Assembly: GCA_030390025.1 (NCBI GenBank)
Contig: CM059431.1
Location: 159,156,001-159,220,000, forward strand
DNA: 64,000 bases
Direction: 5' to 3'
Source of the DNA: Squalus acanthias
Lineage: Eukaryota
Shown: positions 1 through 12,639 of the stretch, in pieces
Position numbering within the stretch: position 1 is the first letter of the stretch
Layout: each line of letters opens with the position of its first letter
Position numbers and translations under genes: made by a program
The notes under the pieces: generated by a model
The model's input: the letters and a program-made list of their open reading frames with translations, nothing else
Database searches by the model: none
What the model was told of the DNA's origin: nothing

Positions 1-200
1 AGGCACTGCAATGGAGTATTGTAAGAAAAAAATTTGACACTGAGCCACATAAAGATAAATTAGGGTGGGTGACCAAATGCTTCGTCAGAGAGGTAGGTTT
101 TAAGGTGCATCTTAATAGAGGGAAGTGTGGTAGCGCGGCGGAACGGTTTAGGGACGTATTTCATTGGCTTTGGCTAGAGGCAACAGTGAGCGATTAGAAA
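1..200 (-). mobile_element. L2 LINE 3' region fragment
   Basis: Reverse complement of the L2 3' end seen at ~23100-23430 (…aaaacctacctctttgaccaagc… motif). Similar fragments occur at ~10390-10770, 14100-14480, 25105-25325 and in each 6.9-kb unit (e.g. ~30880-31150). Confidence 0.7.
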
Positions 201-202
201 TA

Positions 203-300
203 GGTTTATAGTCCAACAGTTTTATTTGAAATCACGAGCTTTCGGAGCGCTGCTCCTTCGTCAGGTAGAGTGAAGGAATACCAATCAGCAAAGCATATAT
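203..300 (-). mobile_element. Penelope-like element terminal-repeat remnant with a minimal hammerhead-ribozyme-like motif
   Basis: Minus strand reads ctac-CTGACGA-A-GGAGC-AGC-GCTCC-GAAA-GCTC-GTGA…AATAAA…: hammerhead core boxes, stem II and a downstream polyA signal, as typical of PLE termini. Confidence 0.65.
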
Positions 301-519
301 AGAGAGAGAACAATGTGTAGCGTACAGTGTCAGACGACTACAGTAAATCTTACTGACTGCCCTCCATCTCACCTCGGCAGAGATACAATCAAGGATGGCA
401 TTACATCAAAGACACAGCAAAATACCGCTAAGACAATGAGCTGAGGTAACAAGGGGTCTAACGTGCCAACAAAAAACCTGTGCCCCACATCATTTTCTTA
501 GAGTTAGAGACTATTCTGC

Positions 520-1239
520 AGGGATACATGGAGCGGGTGATCATTGATGAATTAAATGATCCTTCACAAGGTTTAACAAAGTCTGGCGGTATAATATTAT
601 ACTTGCTCACAGATTTTTGTTTAATATTTTGGATTTGTTGTGTTTTGATGTTAAATTCTGGTAGTTTATGACTGTGATATCTATCCACACACAAGATATA
701 GCTGGGAGTGATCTCTCAGTTCTCTATGGTAAGTGACATTGTCCGTGTTTCCATGGAGCTGTGATCTGGTTGGTGATTCTATTTTAATATCTTGACCATA
801 TCTCTCCTGGTTGCAGCACTGACTGATGAGCACTGCAGGAGGTGAGGAAATTTTCCACTGTTCCACTAATATACACACTAATGCATAATGTCACGTCACT
901 TTAAACAGTGAGATGATGCACAGCATTGATTAGTGGAATATATTTTGGGCTGACAATCTCAGAATTGTCCATAAATATGCAAGTGGTAGATTTGCCTGCA
1001 GTTTTACAAACACAATTCTCCACTTGTGCGCGTGTCTCGCTGTGTGTGTGTCCACACACGTGCGTCCAATCAAACACTTAGTCGCATCCTTTCCTTACCC
1101 AACTGGAAATGTAAAAGCGATTCAGTCTCGGATCAGTAACTTCTCCAAATTAAGGTCCAAGATCTTTGATAAAATTAATTTAGAACTGAGTTTGAGACCT
1201 TGTAAAATTCAGTTATCTGCTGTTTCATCTTCTTTTTAC
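520..1239 (-). pseudogene. Terminal coding exon plus 3'UTR (copy 1) of the transmembrane-protein gene family; upstream exons not found adjacent
   Basis: Clearly homologous to 23560-24272. Acceptor tattctag| at 1240-1241. Phase-1 reading is (G)KKKMKQQITEFYKVSNSVLN* (1175-1239). Homology to copy 2 stops at ~1249, where the RTE begins. Confidence 0.5.
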
Positions 1240-1249
1240 CTAGAATAAC

Positions 1250-3285
1250 GGGTGGGGCAGACAGTGGTTGAAGGGGCGGGTGGGTGGGGTGCTTGTGTTG
1301 ACGTGCGCTCCTTGCGCTGTTTGTGCTTGGCTTCCACTTGCTCCCGGCGAAGTGACTCGAGGTGTTCGGCGCATTCCCGGATGCTTCTCCTCCACTTTGT
1401 GCGGTCTTGGGCCAGGGATTCCCAGGTGTCGGTGTGGATGTTGCACTTTTTCAAGGAGGCATTGAGGGTGACCTTGAAGCGTTTCCTCTGCCCACCTGGG
1501 GCTCTCTTGCCGTGTCCGAGCTCCGAGTCCAACGCTTCTTTTGGGAGTCTCGTATCAAGCATACGGACGATGAGACCCATCCATCGGAGCTGATCGAGCT
1601 TGGTCTAAGCTTCGATGCTGGGGATGCTGGCCTGAGCGAGAGCACTGACGTTGGTGCACCTATCCTGCCAATGGATTTGCAGGATCTTGTAAGGTAGCGT
1701 TGGTGGTACCGCTCCAGTGCTTTGAGGGGCCTGCTGTACATAGTACATGTCTCTGAGCCATACAGGAGGGCGGGTATTACTACTGCTCTGTAGACCATGA
1801 GCTTGCTGACGCAGTTTGAGGTTCTGGTCTTCAACACTCTCTTCCTCCTGCCCTGGCACACTGAAGGCTGCGTTGGACTTCATCATCAACGTCTCCCCTT
1901 GTTGACAGTAGGCTCCCGAGGTCTGGAAAGTGTTTCACGTTGTCCAAGGCGTTGTCGTGGATTGTGATAATCGGGGGGCAGTACTGTGTGGCGGGGGCAG
2001 GTTGGTAGAGGACCTTTTTCTTACAGATGTTTAGTATAAGGCCCATGCTCTCTTACGCTTCGGTGAAGGAGATAACAATGGTTTGGAGTTCGACCTCCGG
2101 TTGTGCGCAGATGCAAGCGTCGTCTGCACACTGTAATTCGATGACAGAGGATGGGATGACCTTGGATCTGGAATTGAGACGACGGAGTTTGAAAAGTTTC
2201 CCATTTCTTCTGTAAATTAACTCCACTCCAGCAGTACTTACTGATGGTGAAATGGAGCATTGCAGCAAGGAACACCGAGAGCGCGTTGGTGCGATTACAC
2301 AGCCTTGCTTGACCCAGTTCCGTACGTGAATTAGGTCTGTGGTGGAAACGTTGGTCAGGATCACGGCTTGCATGTAGTCCTGAAGCAGGCGGAGGATGGT
2401 GACAAACTTTGGAGTGCAGCCGAATTTGAGGAGGACACTGCCTAATCCCTCACGTTTGACAGTATCAAATGCCTTTGTTCGTTCAAAGAAGGCCATGTAC
2501 AGCGGTTGGTTCTGTTCCCTGCATTTCACTTGTAATTGGAGAGCTGTGAAAATCATGTCCATTGCACCACTTACTGGTCGGAATCTGCATTGCGACTCTG
2601 GGAGGAGATCTTCAGCCACTGGGCGAAGGCGATTGAGGAGGATTTTTGCGATGACTTTCCCTGTGGCTGATTGCAGCGAAACTCATCTGTAATTTGCGAA
2701 ATCGGACTTGTCACCTTTCTTGAAAATGGTCACAATTACGGCGTCTCTGAGATCCCCTGGCATGCTCTCCTCCTTCCAGATAAGCTAAGTGAGTTCATGA
2801 ATTCGCACCAGCAGTGCTTCTCCGCCATGCTTTCGTGCCTCGGCAAGGATTCCATCTGCTCCTGAGGCCTTGTTGTTCTTCAGTTGTTGGTGGGCCTTTT
2901 CAACCTCATGCCGGGCTGGGGTTGTGCTGAGATGGTTTTGGGGTGCATGTTGCGAGATGGAGTTGAGGACACTAGCGTTGAAGACAGAGTCTCGGTAAGG
3001 AGTTGTTCGAAGTGCTCCTTCCAGCGGGCACTGACTGCCTCCTTGTCCTTGATGAGTACCTCCCCGTTCTTGGCCAGCAGTGGGTTAGGACCTTGGGTGA
3101 TTGGGCCGTAGGTGGTCTTGACTGCGCTAAAGAATCCACCCACGCCGTGTTTGTCGGCGACCTGCTGGATCTCCTGCGCTTTCTCCAACAACCTTCTGTT
3201 CTTTAGATCGCGAGTTTTTTGTTGGACCTAAGCCTTAAGGCATCTGTAGAGCTGCTTTCTTGCTCTCGAGTTCTGTTGCTGGGTA
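1250..3285 (-). mobile_element. RTE-clade LINE, degenerate reverse-transcriptase fragment
   Basis: Frameshifted ORF pieces with RTE RT motifs: LLPESQCRFRP…DMIF…KAFDTV…VKQGCVIAP, ELQCADD, KLMVYRAVVIPALLYGSET, RMLDTRLPK…GKRAPGGQRKRFK…WESLAQDRTKWR. Confidence 0.92.
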
Positions 3286-3289
3286 AAAG

Positions 3290-3570
3290 TGCAACCAAGC
3301 GAGGGCAGTCCCACTGAACTAGACAACGGGGGAGAGGTGTTGGATGATGTTGTGCTCGACCGTGTAAAGGCTGCAGAGGTCAAGTAGAATGAGGAGGGAT
3401 AGTTTACCACGGTCACAGACATAGAACGTTTCATTTGTGACTTTCATTATTGTCAACTTAGTGCTGTGGCAGTAGCGGAAAGAGATTCAATCATGTCCTT
3501 GTGTGAAAGATGGGCAGAGATTCGAGAGCTGGCAAAACATTGTTGGGAAAGTGAGGCTAGAGATGGAGGT
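3290..3570 (-). mobile_element. L2 LINE RT fragment (degenerate)
   Basis: Reverse complement resembles the L2 RT segment at ~20590-20760 (HSTETAL…KVTND…DLSAAFDT region). Confidence 0.6.
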
Positions 3571-3859
3571 AAACATGTCTAACTCTTCACCCACGTGTTA
3601 AACTGGGCACATCCCTGTGTTCAAACTCCCTCCTCTGAAATACACAAGTCTCATTTGTGGTTTAATGGTAGAGAGATTGTTAAACTCATTACACTTTCAC
3701 AGATCATTCCACCTGCTCTCACTGGGCGACTGGAATCTCCCAGTTCCACGGAGGGGTTTGCGAGCTGCAGGTTACAGAATTAGAGCAAAGCTTTCGATAT
3801 CCTTGTTTTACAAAACTGCTTCAGAAAATGCAGTGCCGTCACTTCACTTTTGTTAATAC

Positions 3860-4035
3860 ACAGAATTACACAGAATGTAAAGCTCAGAAAGAGTCAATTC
3901 CATTCAACTGGTCCATGCCTGTGTTTATACATCAAATGAAAATCCTACCATTCCTCTTCATCTAACCCTATCACAAACTCTTCTAATTCCTTTCTTCCTC
4001 TTGTTTATCTCGCATACCCTTAAATGCATATCTTC
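3860..4035 (-). mobile_element. CR1 LINE 3' end fragment
   Basis: Similar to the CR1 3' termini at ~15240-15390 and 42530-42720 (…ccattc…ttaaatgcatct). Confidence 0.55.
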
Positions 4036-4109
4036 ATTGCAGTGAGGCTCTGTAACCTGGAGCTTGCCCTATCATTGACCCAATACAGAACACGTGCTGT
4101 TGTTCATAT

Positions 4110-7100
4110 GTCCAACTGACCCGACCCCGTCCCCCCAACGACTCAGCCCGCCCCCCAACCGAAACAGCACTACCCCCACTGACCCAGCCCCAACAATCCC
4201 ACTGATCCATCCCCGCCAAGCACCGACCCAGCACTGCCCCCCACAACGACCCAGCCCAACTCCCAATGACCCAGTTCCAACAGCCACATTGATCAAGCCC
4301 CGCCTCCCACTAACCCAGCCCCGAAACCAAAAATGAACCAGCCCAGACACACTCACGGACCCAGACCCGACACCATCACTGACCGAGCCCCAACACCTAT
4401 CACCGACCCAGCCCCGACACGATTAACTGACCCAGACCTGACACCTTCACTGACCCAACCCCGACACCCTCACTGACCCAGCCCCGACACCCTCATTACC
4501 CAGCCTCTACACCCTCAATGATCCAGCCCCGACACGCTCATGACCCAGCCCCGACACCCTCACTGACCCAGCCCCGACACGCTCACTGACCCAGCTCCGA
4601 CACGCTCACTGATCCAGCCCCGACACCCTCACTGACCCAGCCCCGACACCCTCACTGTACCAGCTCCGACACCCTCACTGACCCAGTCCCGACACCCTCA
4701 CTGACCCAGCTCCGACACCCTCACTGACCCAGCACCGACACCCTCACTGACCCTGCCCCGACACCCTCACTGACCCAGCTCCGACACCCTCACTGACCCA
4801 GCCCCGACACCCTCACTGACCCAGCTCCGACACCCTGACTGACCCAGCCCCGACACCCTCACTGACCCAGCTCCGACACCCTCATTACCCAGCCTCGACA
4901 CCCTCACTGACCCAGCCCCGACACCCTCATTACCCAGCCTCTACACACTCAATGATCCAGCCCCGACACCCTCATGACCCAGCCCCGACACCCTCACTGA
5001 CCCAGCCCCGACACGCTCACTGAACCAGCTCCGACACGCTCACTGATCCAGCCCCGACACCCTTACTGACCCAGCCCCGACACCCTCACTGTACCAGCTC
5101 CGACACCCTCACTGACCCAGTCCCGACACCCTCAATGACCCAGCTCCGACACCCTCACTGACCCAGCTCCGACACCCTCACTGACCCTGCCCCGACACCC
5201 TCACTGACACAGCTCCGACACCCTCACTGACCCAGCCCCGACACCCTCACTGACCCAGCTCCGACACCATCACTGACCCAGCCCCGACACCCTCACTGAC
5301 CCAGCTCCGACACCCTCATTACCCAGCCTCGACACCCTTACTGACCCAGCTCCGACACCCTCACTGACCGAAACCCGACACCCTCACTGACCCAGCCCCG
5401 ACACCCTCACTGATCTTGCCCTGACACCCTCTCTGAACAAGCCCCAACACACTCACAGATCCAGCCACGACACCCTCATTTACTCTGCCCCGGCACCCTC
5501 ACTGAACAGGCCACCATCACCCTCACTGAAGCAGCCACTACACATTCACTGACCCAGCATCGACATCCTCACTGAGAAAGCTCTGACATCCTCACTGAGC
5601 CAGCTCTGACAGCCTCACTGATTTACCCCGACAGCCGCACTGACCGAGTCCCAACATCCTCCCTGACCCAGCCACGACACCCACACTGACCAAGCCCCGA
5701 CACCCTCACCGACCCAGCCCCGATAGCCTCACTGACACAGCCCCGAAACTCTCACTGACCCATCCCCGACACCGTAACTGACTCAGCACTGACACCCTCA
5801 CTTACCCCGCCCCGACACCCTCACTGACCCAGCCCCGACAACCTCACTGAACCAGCTCCGACACCCTCACTGACCCATTCCCGACACCCTCACTGACCCA
5901 GCTCCGACACCCTCACTGAGCCAGCCCCAACACACTCACTGACCCAGCTCCGACACCATCACTGACCCAGCCCCGACACCCTCACTGACCCAGCTCCGAC
6001 ACCATCACTGACCCAGCCCCGACACCCTCACTGACCCAGCTCCGACACCCTCACTGACCCAGCTCTGACAGCCTCACTGACCCAGCCCCGACACCCTCAC
6101 TGAACCAGCTCCGACACCCTCACTGACCAAGCCCCGACACCCTCACTGACCCAGCTCCGACACCCTCACTGACCCAGCCCCGACACCCTCACTGACCCAG
6201 CTCCGACACCCTCACTGAACCAGCTCCGACACCCTCACTGACCAAGCCCCGACACCCTCACTGACCCAGCTCCGACACCCTCACTGACCCAGCCCCGACA
6301 CCCACACTGACCCAGCTCCGACACCCTCACTGACCCAGCCCCGACACCCTCACTGACCCAGCTCCGACACCCTCACTGACCCAGCTCCGTCACCCTCACT
6401 GACCCTGCCCCGACACCCTCACTAACCCAGCTCCGACACCCTCACTGACCCAGCCCCGACACCCTCACTGACCCAGCTCCGACACCCTCACTGACCCAGC
6501 TCCGACACCCTCACTGACCCAGCTCCGACACCCTCATTACCCAGCCTCGACACCCTTACTGACCCAGCTCCGACACCCTCACTGACCGAAACCCGGCACC
6601 CTCACTGACCCAGCCCCGAAACCCTCACTGATCTTGCCCTGACACCCTCTCTGAACAAGCCCCAACACACTCACAGATCCAGCCACGACACCCTCACTTG
6701 CTCTGCCCCGGCACCCTCACTGACCAGGCCCCCATCACCCTCAATGAAGCAGCCAATACACCTTCACTGACCCAGCATCGACATCCTCACTGAGAAAGCT
6801 CTGACATCCTCACTGAGCCAGCTCTGACAGCCTCACTGATTTACCCCGACAGCCCCACTGACCGAGTCCCAACACCCTCCCTGACACAGCCACGACACCC
6901 ACACTGACCCAGCCCCGACACCCTCACCGACCCAGCCCCGATAGCCTCACTGACACAGCCCCGAAACTCTCACTGACCCATCCCCGATACCTTAATTGAC
7001 TCAGCACTGACACCCTCACTTACCCAGCCCCGACACCCTCACTGACCCAGCCCCGACACCCTCACTGAACCAGCTCCGACACGCTCACTGATCCAGTCCC

Positions 7101-9154
7101 GACACCCTCACTGACCCAGCTCCGACACCTTCACTGACCCAACCCCGACACCCTCACTGACCCAGCCCCGACACCCTCATTACCCAGCCTCTACACCCTC
7201 AATGATCCAGCCCCGACACCCACATGACACAGCCCTGACACCCTCACTGACCCAGCCCCGACACCCTCACTGAACCACCTCCGACACCCTCACTGACCCA
7301 GCTCCGACACCCTCACTGACCCAGCTCCGACACCCTCACTGACACAGCCCCGACACCCTCACTGACCCAGCTCCGACACCCTCACTGACCCAGCCCCGAC
7401 ACCCACACTGACCCAGCTCCGAAACCCTCACTGACCCAGCCCCGACACCCTCACTGACCCAGCTCCGACACCCTCACTGACCCAGCTCCGACACCCTCAC
7501 TGACCCTGCCCCGACACCCTCACTGACCCAGCTCCGACACCCTCACTGACCCAGCCCCGACACCCTCACTGACCCAGCTCCGACACCCACATTACCCAGC
7601 CTCGACACCCTTACTGACCCAGCCCCTACACCCTCACTGACCCAGCTCCGACACCCTCACTGACCCTGCCCCGACACCCTCACTGACCCAGCTCCGACAC
7701 CCTCACTGACCCAGCCCCGACACACTCACTGACCCAGCTCCGACACCCTCATTACCCAGCCTCGACACCCTTACTGACCCAGCTCCGACACCCTCACTGA
7801 CCGAAACCCGACACCCTCTGTGACGCAGCCCCGACACCCTCACTGATCTTGCCCTGACACCCTCTCTGAACAAGCCCCAACACACTCACAGATCCAGCCA
7901 CGACACCCTCACTTGCTCTGCCCCAACAACATCACAGCCCCAGCCGCGAAACCCCCACTGACTCAACCCCAACAGCCAAACTGAACCAGCCCCGACATCT
8001 CCAAAGACCCAACACCGTAACCATCACAGCCCCAGCCCCGAAACCCCCACTGACCCAAGCACGGTATCCTCACTGACCCAGCCGCGAAACCCTCACTGAT
8101 TCAGCCGGACACCTCCACTAAGCCAGTCCCGACACCCTCACAGACCCAGGCCCGACACGCTCTCTGACCAAGGCCCGACAGCCTCACTGTCCCAGGCCCG
8201 ACACCCTCACAGACCCAGAAGCGACACCCTCTCTGACCCAGCCCCGAAACCCTCACTGAGCCAGCCCCGACACCGTCATTGACCCAGCCCCTTCACCCTC
8301 ACTGACCCAGACACATCACCCTCATTGACGAAGACCCGCACCGCCCTCCAATGAAACAGCCTCGACCCGACACCACCACTGACCAAGCCCACGACAGATG
8401 CCCAACTGATCCAGCCTCGACACGCTCACTGACTTAGTATCGAATCCCTCACTGACCTTGGCAAGCCCCGACATCCCACTAACCCAGCCCAACACCGGCT
8501 CCCTCACTGACCCAGCCGCGACACCTCCCTGACCCAGCGCCGAATCTCTCACTGACGTAGTATCGAATCCCTCACTGAGCCAGCCCAACACGGATACCCC
8601 ACTCACCGAGCACAAAACCGACACCCTCACTGATCCAGCCCAACACCGTCACCCTCACTGACCCAGCCCCGACAACCCACTGACCTAGCCCAACACCGAC
8701 ACCGCACTGACCCAGCCCAACACCGACACCCCACTGCCCCAGCCCAACACCGAAACCCCACTGACCCAGCACAACACCGAAACTCCACTGACCCAGCCCA
8801 ACACTGACAACCCCCTGACTCAGCCCTACAAAGGAACCCCACTGAACCAGCCCAACACTGACAACCCCCCTGACTTAGCCTTTCACCGACACCCCGCTGA
8901 CCAACCCATACACCGATACCCTCATTGACCCAACAGCGACATCCCACTGACCCAGCCGAACACCGTCACCCGACTAACGAATTCCTTCACCGACACCCCA
9001 CTGACACAGCCCAACACCGAACACGCACTGACCGAGCCCTAAACCGACACCCCACTGACACAGCCATACATCAACATCCCACTGAACCGTCCGAAAGAGA
9101 TACGCCACTGACACAGCCCTACAACGACACCCCACTGAACAAGCCCAACACCGA
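4110..9154 (+). repeat. C-rich minisatellite, 23-bp unit CCCTCACTGACCCAGC(C/T)CCGACA, with degenerate flanks and a ~27-bp variant at ~8600-9150
   Basis: Directly visible tandem array, most homogeneous at ~4430-7900. Related degenerate tracts continue at 10017-10145 and 13335-13855. Confidence 0.97.
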
Positions 9155-10016
9155 TGTAGGATACGGTGCATCTGTATGATTTAGTAAACATTATTAAGAT
9201 TCTAAAATCAGTTTTGTATAACTATAATATCTGAAAATGTATGTTAAAAACCTAGAAACATGTAGAAAATGGCGCTTGGCTGAGAACAAGGCAGGAGGGG
9301 GAAATTATGCCAACCTGACTAGAAACCTTTGTTTTCAATTACTGAAGTAATGAAATGTAGTGCTAAGTCTACGGAGACTGTCAGGGACGTGGTAATCGGT
9401 AACGTTATGGGAAAGAGTTAAGAGTTAGAGAAGAGAGAATGGGATTGGGGGCATCCCTCAGTAATACCACTATAAGATGGACAGACTGCTTCGACAAAAT
9501 CTTGAGAAATGATCTTTGAAAAGAGAACATCTAAAGCTAAGGGCACTTTGTTATGCAGAAAGGGAGACCTAGAGGAATCAACAAGGTCAATAAATGTCCT
9601 ATGGAGACTGACCAGGAAAGCAGGGATATTTACCAGGAGTCAGAGAGCTGATTACTGTCAGGTAGGCAAAAGGAAGAGAAAGGGTATAAAGATACAGATG
9701 TTGGTCACTGAAAGCAGCTCGCACCGCTTAATCAGAGTTGAAGAAGCTTCAGTTAACAGAACACAGCAAGAACCAAGAGAAGCGAGCTTCAGTCAACAGA
9801 ACACAACAAGATAATTAAGAGACCGCGCCACAGTCACTCGGAAGCAACGCCGAGGCTCAAACGAACAAGACTGTGACCGTCTCCTTGTTAATTATGACTT
9901 CTTTGTACTGGATGCTTAATGCTTAATAGACCTGTTTTACTTATACACAATATACCTGTACCAAAGTGCTTTGTGCAGTCACGGACAAATTATTCTAAGA
10001 GCTTTTGAAAGATACA
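9155..10016 (+). mobile_element. Solo LTR (862 bp) of an LTR retrotransposon/ERV
   Basis: TGTA…TACA termini, 4-bp target-site duplication CCGA (9151-9154 and 10017-10020), TATA-like GGGTATAAAG at ~9682, and the minisatellite resumes in register on both sides. Strand inferred from the TATA box. Confidence 0.88.
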
Positions 10017-10232
10017 CCGACACCCCACTAAGCAGCCAGACACCTACACCCCACTGACACATCCCAACATCTGCACCCCACTCACCCAGACCAACCCTGC
10101 ACTCACCCAGCCCAACACTGACAATCCACGGACCCAGCCCCACCCCACAGATGGCATTGCACCGTGTCTGGCACAAGATGGCGGGCAGAGTATTCTAGTG
10201 CACCGAGCCCACATGATGGCACATTAGCTCAC

Positions 10233-10328
10233 CTGGCAGAAGATTGTGGACATGCTGAAAATACTGTAAAGTTTCTGCAGGATCCAGGGATTGATTTGGA
10301 ATGAGATAACTTGCAGAAAAGATCCTGG
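10233..10328 (-). CDS. Candidate 96-nt phase-1/1 exon 'Y1': (x)RIFSASYLIPNQSLDPAETLQYFQHVHNLLP
   Basis: Acceptor tattctacccag|, donor CAG|GTGAGC, open frame; same length and frame as paralog 13941-14036. Confidence 0.6.
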
Positions 10329-11317
10329 CTGGGTAGAATAGCCGAATTACCCGATTTATCGGTTTGATGAGGCAAGATTACAGTCTCCGCAACAACAGAT
10401 TTAATTTATATAGCTTTTTTAACGTAATAAGATGTTCCAAGGAACTTCGCAGGAGCGTTATCAAACAATATTTGATACCGAGCCACATATTAGGACAGGT
10501 GACCAAATGCTAGGCCAAGGAGGTAGGTTTTAAGGAGCGTCATAAGGAGAGAGAAGGAATTCCAGACTTTATGGCAGTAGAAGGTATGATCACCAATGAC
10601 GGAGTTATTCAATTGGGGGGTGCGCAAGAGGCCAGAATTAGAGAATTACAGAGATTTCGAGGTTTAGGGATTGGCGAGGCCATGAAGGGTTTTGAAAACT
10701 AGGTTGAGATTTATTAAATCGAGGTGCTGCCGAATCGTGAGCCAATGTAGTTCAGAAAGCACATGTGTGAGGGGTGCTTTCTATTTCAAATCTATACAGA
10801 CACGTCTCAGAAAAGCTGCATCAAATAGGTCAAATACGACTTGTCTACAGCTAATCTGTTCCAGGCTCGGCTTTATCTCTAAATGTTTACTGATTCAACC
10901 TGGAATTACAGATTCGAACAGCTTAATCACAAATAACAGTCTAACTGGTCTGCAGTTACCCGGCTGATCCTCTCTGTCTCCATTTTAACAGAGATATTGT
11001 TTGGGCTCTATCAGTCTAGATGTACATTCATGATATTATATGAGGATTGAACAACTGTGTTCAGAGTCCCTTTTATTTACCCTATGATTTCCTTTAACAA
11101 TATGGGGTGCATTATCTCTGGGTCGAGTGACTTATCCACCTCAGCTATTTTACTCAGATTCAAATCCTTCCTTACACTAATCTCCAACCATGGACCCACA
11201 TCCCACTTCATTACATCAACATTTTCACTTCCACCATCAAAGGAATTATTTTGTATCTACTCAAACCTTCACCCTCCACGAGTTTCCCCCAGCTCCCCCT
11301 CTATCTCACCTCCACTG

Positions 11318-11482
11318 TAACGTTCCCGCTAAGCTGCACGAACGCGCAGTTATCTGGAGATCCCGCGCAGGCCGCTTACCGGTTTTTCTATGTTAGATTT
11401 GGCACAAGCGTGAAATTGTGAATGGGCCCCGCAGATCGTTATAGGCAGATGCATCCCAAAAAAAAAAATAGCGGGAACATTG
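11318..11482. mobile_element. Short non-autonomous DNA element (hAT-like MITE); second copy at 15015-15177
   Basis: Terminal inverted repeats CAACGTTCCCGCTAA / TTAGGGGGAACATTG (13/15 match in the 15-kb copy). No clear TSD. Confidence 0.5.
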
Positions 11483-11639
11483 CTTTTTCACTTCTTATTG
11501 CTTATCTGTGTACATATGTATTACATAGAAATACAAATATACAGCACAGAAACAGGCCATTTGGCTATCCCAACCTAAAATTATATCAGTTGATCCCCTT
11601 CCCGCTGCTCCATTCACCTATACTTTAAAACAATTGTTG

Positions 11640-12320
11640 GTGGGTTGAGTTCGTAGCCGTCCCTTCCCTTCTCCGTGAACCCATTCTAGGGCCCCAACAA
11701 CGTGAATCCTTCCATCTCACTCCAGACAAGGAGTCCCACATTGACTTGACACATATTTCCTCATTAAGCAGCCCAGTGCAAAACAATACAGAGCACCACC
11801 TTGAGACCTTGTCTTTAGTCTAGTGCCTCAGTATCAATATTCCTTCTATAAACGTATTTCTATTCGTGTTACTGATTCCGACCTTTGGTAATTTTGCTCT
11901 CCTTTCCTTCCCAGAGATGTTCCCACCTGTTCCAGGATGTTCTTCCCTCTGGCAACAGGGAGGCAACTTATCATTTTGCACCAGCTCAGGGCTGCAGACG
12001 AGTCTTTATATTCCCCTGACTATAGAATCTCCCACCACTATTGATTTGCTTTTCCTGTGCACCACCTGCCTCTCACCCCACTTGGGGTGGCCTCCTGCTC
12101 CCTGCTACCACACTGTTGCTCAGGAAGACACTCCTCTGAGTCACTGTCTCTATCCAACTTACATTCCAAAATACCAGATAACTATTGGACTGTTCCAGTA
12201 CGCAATGCCTCCCTCCAACTTTGACTGCGATGTCCCTTTAGATGATCACTCACTTCCCTCTTTCTACTCAGCCCCTGTCCAGTTCCCTCTTCATGTGTGA
12301 GCTGCAGGTTCTTGCACGAG
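11640..12320 (-). mobile_element. Degenerate CR1 ORF1 (esterase) fragment; paralog at ~17440-18140
   Basis: Reverse complement contains a CLPGAR-like segment matching CR1 ORF1 at ~32140-32640. Confidence 0.55.
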
Positions 12321-12375
12321 ATCTGGACCCTATGTCAGGACAGAAATTATATTTTAAAGTATTTTCTGAACCTAC

Positions 12376-12471
12376 CAGTGTCCTTGCTCCTGCTCAGGCT
12401 TCTGGAAAAAATGTCTCCCCTGTTTGGATCTTCAACCATTGTGATGACAGGCGTTCTCAGTCGCTGACGCA
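12376..12471 (-). CDS. Candidate 96-nt phase-1/1 exon 'X1': (x)RQRLRTPVITMVEDPNRGDIFSRSLSRSKDT
   Basis: Acceptor ttttatatttattacag|, donor CTG|GTAGGT, open frame; same length and frame as paralog 18186-18281. Confidence 0.65.
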
Positions 12472-12639
12472 CTGTAATAAATATAAAATTAACAGGAGGG
12501 ATAGATGGAAATATTAAAATGAGAAGGAGAACGTTGCCTTGTTAAAAAATATATCAAGTCGCTATTAGCTATGAGATCGAGCATTTCCCGAGTGTTACGA
12601 TCAACTCTCCACATCAGGTGTGACACAAACAGCTGCCCA

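Noticed and set aside
4430..7920. CRISPR-like regular short repeats
   Set aside because: The repeats are head-to-tail without unique spacers, there are no cas genes, and the context is eukaryotic: this is a minisatellite.
7703..9179. Gly/Val- or Pro/Thr-rich ORFs
   Set aside because: They are translations of the minisatellite, with no splice or domain support.
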